34,036 nucleotides of DNA, taken from assembly GCA_016840065.1 (NCBI GenBank), contig JAEOTB010000093.1, positions 1-34,036 on the forward strand, given 5' to 3'. This document shows, in pieces, positions 26,104-34,036 of the stretch. A program made the translations under genes and the position numbers. The notes below the pieces were generated by a model. It did not search any database and was not told where the DNA came from. It saw only the letters and a program-made list of their open reading frames with translations. This DNA comes from Candidatus Hermodarchaeota archaeon. GTDB taxonomy: Archaea > Asgardarchaeota > Hermodarchaeia > Hermodarchaeales > Hermodarchaeaceae. Each line of letters opens with the position of its first letter. Within the stretch, counting starts at the first letter, position 1.

Positions 26104-27153
26104 ATGTGTGAACGCCCGTTGAAATTACTTGATACTTCTCAATTCCTCACAGAACTTTTAAAAATTTCAAAGAAGCCAATCGCGCTAATTCTTCATCAGA
26201 GCGCGGATCCAGATGCGATTGGTAGTGCGGCAGCACTTTCAACACTGCTTAAGATGAAGTCAGATGCAAAGTGTACGCTTTTCGCAGAGAGCCTAAATCG
26301 TAGTGCAAAGAAAATTGCTGAATCTTTTAATTTGGTTATTGCCCCCGCAGAAGAGTTAGCTAACTACTCTATTGTAATACTTGTCGATTTGAATAATCTA
26401 GATCAAATAGGCACCTTAGCTGAATACTTTCCCAAAGGCGATTGTACTGTTTTCTGTATCGATCATCATGTTTTCCATCAAAAATTATCTCAATTAGCAG
26501 ATTATGTGTTACATGATGATAAAGTTCGATCAACTGCAGAACTTGTACTCAAGATTTGGTTGGAGAGTGGTATCTCTATGCCTCCAAATATTGCCAAGCT
26601 TCTTGCGTGCGCGGTTGTATATGACAGCAGGCATTTCGGTAATGCTCTGAGTAGTACATTTGAACACTTCATCATCCTGTTAAGGCATGGTGCAGACTAC
26701 TCAGAAGTGCGTAACTTGCTTCACACGCCTTTGGACAAGTCAGAGCGTATAGCTCGACTTAAAGCGGTTCGACGAATCGTTGTATATGACGAATTCAACC
26801 TACTCATCGCCGTTACCACGATAGGTTCATACGAAGCCAGTGTCTGTCGGGCTCTCATTAGTGTAGGTGCTGACGTTGCCATAGTCTGTGCTATGAAAAA
26901 AGACGAAGTACGGTTGAGTGCACGTTGCAAACCTAACGTAGAGCTTGATTATGGGTTGGATCTCGCAAAACATGTAATGGAACCTCTGGGGGAAATAATT
27001 GGAGGTTCTGGTGGTGGTCATCCAACTGCAGCTGGGGCGAATGGAAGAGCAGATAGCGAACACGCTCTTGGACTCGCTGTGCAACTCTTGCGCAAAGAAC
27101 TTAAAGCTAGGTCTAAGTCGGACTCGTCAAGTGATAAGCCATCTATTGGGTGA
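26104..27153 (+). CDS. DHH/DHHA1 phosphoesterase (NrnA-like, exosome-operon associated)
   Basis: HQSADPDAIGS, VDLN, IDHH, SERIARLKA, RLSAR, GGGHPTAAG. Confidence 0.92.
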   Translation: MCERPLKLLDTSQFLTELLKISKKPIALILHQSADPDAIGSAAALSTLLKMKSDAKCTLFAESLNRSAKKIAESFNLVIAPAEELANYSIVILVDLNNLDQIGTLAEYFPKGDCTVFCIDHHVFHQKLSQLADYVLHDDKVRSTAELVLKIWLESGISMPPNIAKLLACAVVYDSRHFGNALSSTFEHFIILLRHGADYSEVRNLLHTPLDKSERIARLKAVRRIVVYDEFNLLIAVTTIGSYEASVCRALISVGADVAIVCAMKKDEVRLSARCKPNVELDYGLDLAKHVMEPLGEIIGGSGGGHPTAAGANGRADSEHALGLAVQLLRKELKARSKSDSSSDKPSIG

Positions 27154-27159
27154 TAGCCA

Positions 27160-27999
27160 GTGAGCATCGAAATAAATCACCTCTCTTTCTCTTACCGAGG
27201 CTCTAAAACAAAGGTATTAGATGATATTACTCTCTCATTTCCTCGAGGACATTTTGTAGGTCTCGCTGGCCCAAGTGGCTGCGGAAAGACTACTCTCGCA
27301 CGTTGTTTAAACGGTCTTATCCCACACTTCTATCCTGGAGAGATGGTTGGAGATGTTATTATTGATGGTTGGAATACCCAAGAACATGCCGCACATGAGC
27401 TTGCGCAGAAGGTAGGGTTAGTCTTTCAAAACCCTGAAAATCAGTTGGTAGCACCAAACGTGGAAAGAGAAATTGCTTTTGGTCCAGAAAATCTGGGTGT
27501 ACCACGTCAAGAGATTCGCCGGCGGGTTGAAGACCTCATCCGTCTAATTCGATTGGAGGAAATCCGTGATAAGGCACCGTTTGAACTCAGTGGTGGAGAA
27601 CAGCAACGGGTTGCAATAGCAGCCACCCTTGCGCTTCAACCTGAAGTTCTTGTGCTTGACGAGCCAACATCTAATCTTGATCCACTTTCAGCGTTTGAGG
27701 TGCTCCAACTGCTTCATCGACTCAATCGTGAAAACCAGTTGACTGTAATTCTAATAGAACACCGACTTGAATTGGTGGCACCTCTTGCACAAGAACTCGT
27801 CATTCTTGATGGTGGCTGCGTTGTTGCTGGCGGACCCACCCGTGAAGTTCTCATGGACGACAAAGTTGCAGATGTTGGTGTTTCTATCCCCAAAATTGTA
27901 CAATTAGTCAAACAGCTTAACCATCCAAGACTTCAGGCAGTGTGTCCCCTCTCCGTCGACTCGACTGTGAAGGCAATTCTAGAGGAGTTGGAAAAATGA
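27160..27999 (+). CDS. ecfA1: ECF transporter ATPase EcfA
   Basis: GPSGCGKTT, FQNPENQL, LSGGEQQR, LDEPTSNLD. Confidence 0.92.
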   Translation: MSIEINHLSFSYRGSKTKVLDDITLSFPRGHFVGLAGPSGCGKTTLARCLNGLIPHFYPGEMVGDVIIDGWNTQEHAAHELAQKVGLVFQNPENQLVAPNVEREIAFGPENLGVPRQEIRRRVEDLIRLIRLEEIRDKAPFELSGGEQQRVAIAATLALQPEVLVLDEPTSNLDPLSAFEVLQLLHRLNRENQLTVILIEHRLELVAPLAQELVILDGGCVVAGGPTREVLMDDKVADVGVSIPKIVQLVKQLNHPRLQAVCPLSVDSTVKAILEELEK

Positions 28000-28820
28000 T
28001 TCTCTTTGATGGTGTATGGTTTGGTTATACTCCTGATCGTACTATTCTCCATGATATTTCCGTTGAGATATCACCAGGCGAAGTCGTGGCTTTAATGGGG
28101 GAAAACGGAGCAGGTAAAACGACTTTGGTCAAGCATATCAATGGACTTCTGAAACCTAGTCGAGGAACCGTCTTCATTGATGGGGTAGATACGCGCACTA
28201 CTTCTACAGCAGCTCTAGCACATAAGGTAGGTTTTGTATTCCAGAATGCAGATCACCAACTTTTCGCCGATACTCTTGAAGGAGAAGTCGCATTTGCACT
28301 TCGTAACCTAGGCTTTCCAGAAGGTGAGGTTGACGAGCGGGTTTCAAGATACTTAGAACAATTTGATCTGACTCGTTATAAGGAACGGTCTCCCTTTCTG
28401 CTTAGTGGCGGTGAAAGAAAGCGCCTTGCATTAGCCTCTGTGCTCTGTGTTGAACCAGATATCTTGATTTTGGACGAACCAACCCAAGCACAGGATGCTA
28501 AACAGAAGCGCAAGCTAGCTCAGCTTATCGATTCCTTCAGATGTTCTGATTCTATTGTTCTTCTAGTGACTCATGATGTGGAATTTGCTGTTCAAATTGT
28601 CGATCGTATACTTCTCTTATCTCAAGGGCGTCTCTTGGCTGATGGTTCACCACGCCAGATACTAGGAAATCATGATTTACTTCGGCGAGCACGGTTATTA
28701 CCACCGCAGATAGCACAGCTGGCCCACACGCTTGCCGATAAGCTACCAACCTTTCCGCGGGATATCATCGCATTAGAGGAGGCAGTCAAAGCTACAAGCA
28801 AACTGTTTGCAAGGAGGTAA
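27996..28820 (+). CDS. ecfA2: ECF transporter ATPase EcfA'
   Basis: GENGAGKTT, FQNADHQLF, LSGGERKR, LDEPT; ATGA overlap with ecfA1. Confidence 0.92.
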   Translation: MILFDGVWFGYTPDRTILHDISVEISPGEVVALMGENGAGKTTLVKHINGLLKPSRGTVFIDGVDTRTTSTAALAHKVGFVFQNADHQLFADTLEGEVAFALRNLGFPEGEVDERVSRYLEQFDLTRYKERSPFLLSGGERKRLALASVLCVEPDILILDEPTQAQDAKQKRKLAQLIDSFRCSDSIVLLVTHDVEFAVQIVDRILLLSQGRLLADGSPRQILGNHDLLRRARLLPPQIAQLAHTLADKLPTFPRDIIALEEAVKATSKLFARR

Positions 28821-28826
28821 TATGAG

Positions 28827-29606
28827 ATGTCGTCATTATTTGAAGCGTTCCGATTCCGCCAGAAAGACACCTTCATGCATCGCCTTGATCCACGCACGAC
28901 GCTTTATATGGCTATATCATTCTCTATCCTTGGTTTACTCTTCCTGGATATCGTTCCACTTCTCTTATCTCTGATGTTGATGTTGCCTTTCCTAGCAGTA
29001 GCTCGATCGCTTCGTCAGTGGGCGCGAAGCCTGAAAGGATTAGCCATGCTTGCAGGTTTTATCCTGATTATAAACACATTCTTCACCTCTCTTACCTTTG
29101 CTGTTTCTACGGTGCTCCGGCTTGTAATGCTAATGACTGCATTTTCCATCTTCTTCCTTACAGTTCACCCCGACGATTTTGCACTTGCCCTTGTTAAACT
29201 AAGGATTCCCTACGAATTTGCTTTCGCGTTTTCTATGGCAGTACGGTACGTTCCAACCATAGCAACTGAAACAGAAACTATTCGTGATGCCCAGATGTCA
29301 CGTGGGCTCGAGTTAGAGAAGGGAAATCTGCTACAAAAGGTAAGAAACTATATTCCTATTCTAATTCCAGTTATTGTTAGTTCTATTCGACGTGCCCTTC
29401 AGGTCGCTGAAAGCTTAGAGTCTCGTGCCTTTGGTTCAACAGCCAAACGTACAACTCTTTTCGAACTAAGTTTCCGTAAATCTGATTTCGTTATGGTTGT
29501 GTTAGCTACTTTAATACTGGCAGCAGGACTTTATGTTGCATTTGTTATTCGTATTATTACCCCAGAATTACTTCCTTGGTTTTTCAGTTGGAGGCTTCCT
29601 CTTTGA
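28827..29606 (+). CDS. ecfT: ECF transporter transmembrane subunit EcfT
   Basis: HRLDPR, RYVPT, AQMSRG, ESLESRAF (X-R-X motifs). Confidence 0.93.
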   Translation: MSSLFEAFRFRQKDTFMHRLDPRTTLYMAISFSILGLLFLDIVPLLLSLMLMLPFLAVARSLRQWARSLKGLAMLAGFILIINTFFTSLTFAVSTVLRLVMLMTAFSIFFLTVHPDDFALALVKLRIPYEFAFAFSMAVRYVPTIATETETIRDAQMSRGLELEKGNLLQKVRNYIPILIPVIVSSIRRALQVAESLESRAFGSTAKRTTLFELSFRKSDFVMVVLATLILAAGLYVAFVIRIITPELLPWFFSWRLPL

Positions 29607-29647
29607 GAGTAAATAATCACTGCAAATAATTAGGTTGTGTTGCTTGA

Positions 29648-30247
29648 ATGGCGCCATTATTACTACATGATATTACAATTGATGGGAAAGAGAATATTGT
29701 GGGTATTTTTGGTTGCACACTCTTATCCCCTTCCTCTAAAGAGTCTCTCCTTTCAAAATGCCAAAGGTTGGCAAGTGAGATGAAAGTCAATGCCCAACTA
29801 GTTGATGCAGAGCGGATAGCTAGCCCGGTTCATCTTCTCTTCGCTACATTTCACGCGCTTCAAGCCTATCATCATGGTACCCAACGAGCTAAAACACTGG
29901 GGATGGAAATACTCAGATATGCTGCTGCTCAACGGCAAATAACTCGTGCTCTAGAATCTTTAGGTGTAACTCACTCAACTACCCAGGTTGGCGGCGTCTT
30001 ATTAGACCAATCCCAAGATTTACTTCACCACTTTTACACAAAATTGCTGAGTGAAATAAATGCGGAGGATACTCCACAGGTTCTTGAAATTTCTGACAGT
30101 TCAAAGGCTGAAGCTGTAAAGTCTACCTTTAACATCAGCGTTGCTGAAATTGAAGCTGTCTTGACATCAAAATATCAAACCGCCCACTTCGATGCCATTG
30201 CCAAACTTGTCTGCGAACGTTGTGCGCTTCTCTCTATTGAGAAGTAA
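29648..30247 (+). CDS. cgi121: KEOPS subunit Cgi121
   Basis: QLVDAERIASPVHL, AKTLGMEILRYAAAQRQITRALESLG. Confidence 0.9.
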   Translation: MAPLLLHDITIDGKENIVGIFGCTLLSPSSKESLLSKCQRLASEMKVNAQLVDAERIASPVHLLFATFHALQAYHHGTQRAKTLGMEILRYAAAQRQITRALESLGVTHSTTQVGGVLLDQSQDLLHHFYTKLLSEINAEDTPQVLEISDSSKAEAVKSTFNISVAEIEAVLTSKYQTAHFDAIAKLVCERCALLSIEK

Positions 30248-30250
30248 TGA

Positions 30251-30781
30251 TTATGGACGACGCATTGTAAGAATTTCTTCTTCTTTAATTAGGGCAAGTC
30301 CAGTAATCGGTCCGAGGATTTCAACAGAGCATATCCATTCAAAATCTTCTAAATCAACTTCACCGGGAAACTGAATAGCTACTTCATGGAGGAGAGTGTT
30401 TCGGTCTAATTTAGTATCTCTTCGATGCAGATTCACTCTGAATTTCGCATCTTTGGGCATCCGTTGAGCAAGTTGTTGCGTACCCGTACGAATTGCCTCT
30501 AGGCTACTCTCCACAACAAGATCGATGGGCTGGATTTTTAGCATCTCTCGAACACTCCAAGGCATGTTCTTGACGACTTGAGCAAGTTGTTGTATAAAGC
30601 CATGGCTGTCACAATTCACCTGTGCTACTACAAGACTACTGATTCCAGTCATCTTGCACCAGCTCAGCTCACACAGTTTCGGGTCTTCTTCGACAAGACG
30701 GTGCAGCTCTTGGCAGCTCTCAACCTCTCGAAAGCGACTACATGACAACAAAACATTGAATTTGTCTTGAATCGTCAGCAT
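30251..30781 (-). CDS. Stand-alone THUMP-domain protein
   Basis: NVLLSC, TGISSL, KIQPID, FRVNLHRR, VDLEDFE...VEILG. Confidence 0.85.
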   Translation of the reverse strand: MLTIQDKFNVLLSCSRFREVESCQELHRLVEEDPKLCELSWCKMTGISSLVVAQVNCDSHGFIQQLAQVVKNMPWSVREMLKIQPIDLVVESSLEAIRTGTQQLAQRMPKDAKFRVNLHRRDTKLDRNTLLHEVAIQFPGEVDLEDFEWICSVEILGPITGLALIKEEEILTMRRP

Positions 30782-30859
30782 ACAACCGAACAGGGGTAGT
30801 TAACCCATTTTTATACTTTCGGGACTGGTATCAATGTGATTTTTCCATCAAATTAAATA

Positions 30860-31507
30860 TCACTCAACAGTGAGCCATGTTTGTAACGCTTCTTCTGGTA
30901 CAGCTCCCTTTCTAACTAATCTTGCAGGTTCTACAGTGCAGTCAACAATAGTAGATGAGGCGGAATGGCGTGTATGGCCCGCATCAATGGTAAGGTCAAC
31001 CTGGTCTCCAATTTGTGAATAAGCGGCGGATGCTGTATGAGGGCTAGACTCGCCAGATCTGTTGGCGCTTGTGCCAGTCACAACATAACCAACACTGGAA
31101 ATAATTTGCAACGCCGCAGGATGATTAGGTACACGCACAGCAAGAGTACCTCTCGGACCTTGCACTCCTTTGGGAAGATTACGACGAGCTGGTAATATCA
31201 GAGTGAGGCCTCCTGGCCAAAATGCTTTAGCTAAATCGTATGCTTTACCCTCTAGTTCAGCAATGTCTAGAACTTGGCTAAAATCTGCAGCTAATACTGG
31301 CATTCCTGCTTTTCCTCGACGTCCTTTGATAGCGATAATCCGATCCACTACGACAGGGTCAGTGGGATTCCCCGCTAGACCATATGCTGTATCCGTCGGG
31401 AGGATGACTATTCCTCCACTTTGTATTACATCAGCTGCTTTCCTGATGATTGTTTGGTCAGGATTGTGTTTATCCACCACTAGAAATTTCTGAGAACCAC
31501 TAGTCAT
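30860..31507 (-). CDS. sua5: Threonylcarbamoyl-AMP synthase (single-domain TsaC/YrdC type)
   Basis: PTDTAYGL, KGR, FWPGGLT, AVRVP, TSANRSG, STIVD; no C-terminal SUA5 domain. Confidence 0.93.
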   Translation of the reverse strand: MTSGSQKFLVVDKHNPDQTIIRKAADVIQSGGIVILPTDTAYGLAGNPTDPVVVDRIIAIKGRRGKAGMPVLAADFSQVLDIAELEGKAYDLAKAFWPGGLTLILPARRNLPKGVQGPRGTLAVRVPNHPAALQIISSVGYVVTGTSANRSGESSPHTASAAYSQIGDQVDLTIDAGHTRHSASSTIVDCTVEPARLVRKGAVPEEALQTWLTVE

Positions 31508-31562
31508 TCTTTTAATACTCACCACAATACATGATATAATCGTCACATAAAACCTAATCGAG

Positions 31563-32576
31563 GTGTTAGATTTGCGGGCGGTGGTCTTAGCCAGTGGTCA
31601 AGGTACTAGATTTACTCCCCTCACGAATTATCTTCCTAAACCACTTCTTCCTGCTGCCAACAACTCCCTCCTTGAACACCTATTCAACATCCTGAAAGAG
31701 GCTGGAGTTACTGATATCATTATTACTACTGGTCACCTTGCGCCGCAGTTAGAAAAATACTTCGAAGAAGTTTCTCCGGGTTTCTCTGTAACTTTAGTCC
31801 CTGCTCCTAATTGGAGGAAGGGTCCTCTAGCTTCGCTCAGTTCAGTCATCCCCTATCTGAAGGAGAATGATGAGCCCTTTCTGCTTCTACCCTGTGATCT
31901 CTATCTATCGGCTCACAATATTGGGCTTCTCTGCAATGCCTCCTCCGAGTTCGCTCTTCTGTATGATTCCCAAACATTTCGCCCTGGTCCCAATCTCCTT
32001 CTCGATGAAAAACTACAAGTCACTCATCTCACTCGCTCCTCTATACCTCTTGCAAACGGATTCTCATGTCTACCTGCGCTCCGTGCATCCTCAACCTTAT
32101 TCGACATAATGAAATGGGATGGCAACAAGACCACAGTTTTTGACCTCCTCCAACTATGGATTGCTAAAGGACGCCTTCTCTCTGGCATCTCAATAGTTCC
32201 AGATACTTGGTTTGATGTTGACGCACCACAAAATCTAATCAACCTCAACCATTATCTCCTCACCACTGGCTGGCCCCCTACACCAATTCCCAATGGAACT
32301 TATTTACCTCTAAACACTCAATTATCAGGTCCAGTCCAAACCCCAGGGATTATCATCGGTAAACGAACTCGTATAGACGGACCAGTACTACTAGGTTCAG
32401 GGGTTCGTATTGGTGATGATTGCTATGTCGCTGATGGTACAACGCTTGGGGACGCTACTGTAATCCATGACAATGCAGCTCTTCAAAGGTGCATCACTCT
32501 CCCTCAGACAGAGATTCCAGCATGTACTAATCTCCACAACGCAATTTTAGATACAAGGGGTAACGCTATACGATAA
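31563..32576 (+). CDS. Nucleotidyltransferase (NTP_transferase family) with C-terminal left-handed beta-helix
   Basis: AVVLASGQGTRFxPLT...PKPL, WFDVD, hexapeptide repeats IGKRTRI/LGSGVRIG. Confidence 0.88.
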   Translation: MLDLRAVVLASGQGTRFTPLTNYLPKPLLPAANNSLLEHLFNILKEAGVTDIIITTGHLAPQLEKYFEEVSPGFSVTLVPAPNWRKGPLASLSSVIPYLKENDEPFLLLPCDLYLSAHNIGLLCNASSEFALLYDSQTFRPGPNLLLDEKLQVTHLTRSSIPLANGFSCLPALRASSTLFDIMKWDGNKTTVFDLLQLWIAKGRLLSGISIVPDTWFDVDAPQNLINLNHYLLTTGWPPTPIPNGTYLPLNTQLSGPVQTPGIIIGKRTRIDGPVLLGSGVRIGDDCYVADGTTLGDATVIHDNAALQRCITLPQTEIPACTNLHNAILDTRGNAIR

Positions 32577-32613
32577 CATCGATTTCCAAGAAGCCCTGTA
32601 TGAGGAACTGAAG

Positions 32614-33237
32614 ATGCCTTCTCGTTACCGTCTGCGTCGTGTTTTCCGTCCTCTTGTTCAATGGGTAAGCCGAGTATTCATCAGATTTCACTTATCTCCC
32701 AACTCCATCTCTGTTCTTTCCTTTCTTGTATTGTGTCTTGCTAGCTTTCTACTTTTTTTCTTTAATCTGTACATACTCTATGGGCTTCTAGTATTCTTTG
32801 GTGGTCTCCTCGATGGTGTGGATGGTGAAGTGGCTAGACGTACTGGCTGCACCTCAGCAACGGGAGGATATCTGGACTCGTTTCTCGATCGACTAGCCGA
32901 CATTGTTGCTCTCCTCCCTTTCCTTAGCATACCCAATCCCTTTCCCATACTGGGTCCCAGTTGGATTTGGGTATTCCTAGCTATTACGGGTTGCATTCTC
33001 GTCAGCTACACACGAAGCCGAGCAACCGCAGCAGGTGCAATTGATACTGATGTAGGTCTAGGAGGTCGTTCAGAGCGTCTCTTCCTCCTTGTGGTTACTG
33101 CTCTTCTTCATCCCCTCAATCCAGCAATACCCTATGTGGGGATGCTGCTTTTGATTCCACTGAGCCACCTTACTGTCATCCATCGGGTTCTTGTCTATAA
33201 TAATCGCCTTCAACCAGTAGTTACCACGAAAAATTAA
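32614..33237 (+). CDS. CDP-alcohol phosphatidyltransferase (archaetidylinositol-phosphate synthase-like)
   Basis: SPN, DGVDGEVARRTG...GGYLDSFLDRLAD signature, SYTRSRA, GLGGRSER. Confidence 0.9.
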   Translation: MPSRYRLRRVFRPLVQWVSRVFIRFHLSPNSISVLSFLVLCLASFLLFFFNLYILYGLLVFFGGLLDGVDGEVARRTGCTSATGGYLDSFLDRLADIVALLPFLSIPNPFPILGPSWIWVFLAITGCILVSYTRSRATAAGAIDTDVGLGGRSERLFLLVVTALLHPLNPAIPYVGMLLLIPLSHLTVIHRVLVYNNRLQPVVTTKN

Positions 33238-33265
33238 ACTAGATATTTACTTCTCCCTCTATGCG

Positions 33266-33970
33266 ATGTCCGTTCCTCTAGAGATTTCTCGCGGCACAGG
33301 AGCTTCTGCTCTACAAGAGGCTATTGTGAACAATCACATCATAATCCTCGTAGATGTTCTACGTGCGAGCAGTACAATCATTACTGCACTCGCTAATGGA
33401 GCTAGCGCTGTCATACCCGCATCTACCGTCAGTGAAGCGCGCCGCATCGCCGCCACACTCCCTAATGCACTCCTTGCTGGAGAACGCGCCGCCAAACCTC
33501 TCCCTGGCTTTGATTATGGCAATTCTCCGCTTAACTTTCTATCAACCAAAATACAAGGCCGTGTAATCGTCCTAACCACTAGTAACTTCACACGTGTCCT
33601 TGGCACTCCCCCCGCTTCAAGTACAATATTGGTAGGTGCCTTCCTCAATATTGATCATGTTGTCCATACAGCACTAGGTCTATACAAGCTATCGCCACAT
33701 CCAATCACAGTAGTTGCGGCAGGAGATTTGAACAGACCGGCGGCGGAAGATGATATTGCTTCAGATCATATCATCTATCGCCTCACCCACCCTGATAATC
33801 CGCCCAGTTACGCATCTTCTGAAGATATTGCTCGAGAACTACTCGTCACACGCCATGCCAGCACTCTCATCAGCTTAGGATACGAAGAAGATATCCATTT
33901 TTGCAGCAAAATCAATACCTATTCTCTCACGCCAATCCTCCGCCAAGGCGCTTTCGTCACCTACATCTAG
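33266..33970 (+). CDS. comB: 2-phosphosulfolactate phosphatase-like (ComB family)
   Basis: VDVLRASSTI, LLAGER, GFDYGNSP, LTTSNFT, ED. Confidence 0.88.
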   Translation: MSVPLEISRGTGASALQEAIVNNHIIILVDVLRASSTIITALANGASAVIPASTVSEARRIAATLPNALLAGERAAKPLPGFDYGNSPLNFLSTKIQGRVIVLTTSNFTRVLGTPPASSTILVGAFLNIDHVVHTALGLYKLSPHPITVVAAGDLNRPAAEDDIASDHIIYRLTHPDNPPSYASSEDIARELLVTRHASTLISLGYEEDIHFCSKINTYSLTPILRQGAFVTYI

Positions 33971-34036
33971 GGAGACTAATAGCAATCCTGTAGCTAATCT
34001 AACTTCCGTGCAGCAGATTCTTCCCAGGCTTGAAGA

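Noticed and set aside
620-33566. Numerous short antisense or out-of-frame ORFs in the ORF track (e.g. 620-925, 6522-6899, 11826-12212, 21619-21936, 31170-31493)
   Set aside because: Shadows of well-supported conserved genes, with no motifs
33994-34035. Possible 3' end of a convergent minus-strand gene (...LQAWEESAARKLD*)
   Set aside because: Too short at the window edge to support
1-34036. CRISPR arrays, IS/transposases, integrases, inteins, selenoprotein readthrough
   Set aside because: No repeat-spacer pattern or mobile-element motifs seen; aIF5B and other proteins have normal lengths; TGA codons fall at expected C-termini

Overview
This is a gene-dense archaeal core-genome window with no mobile elements, CRISPR arrays, rRNA or tRNA that I could support. 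It joins three classic archaeal superoperons. (1) rps28e-rpl24e-ndk-aIF5B-rps6e-aIF2gamma-PIN-rpoE1-spt4-dephospho-CoA kinase-rps24e-rps27ae-kae1-bud32-rdgB. (2) rps15-RecJ-like-rps3ae. (3) The exosome/proteasome operon: rpl15e-COG1325-rpp30-pop5-psmA-SBDS-rrp4-rrp41-rrp42-rpl37ae-brix-pcc1-pfdB-DHH. These are followed by an ECF module, cgi121, THUMP, TsaC/Sua5 and a nucleotidyltransferase/CDP-alcohol phosphotransferase/ComB trio. The lineage cannot be fixed from the sequence alone. The most notable unannotated items are: a 75-nt double-K-turn box C/D-type sRNA (19625-19699) inside a cassette with a JAMM isopeptidase and an orphan membrane protein, inserted between pop5 and psmA; probable CUG start codons on rpoE1 and pop5; an inverted ndk with a long C-terminal extension; a possible activate-transfer-dephosphorylate lipid headgroup or solute pathway; and structured leaders before rpl15e and rps6e. 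All family calls come from recognising motifs by eye and from synteny, not from database searches.
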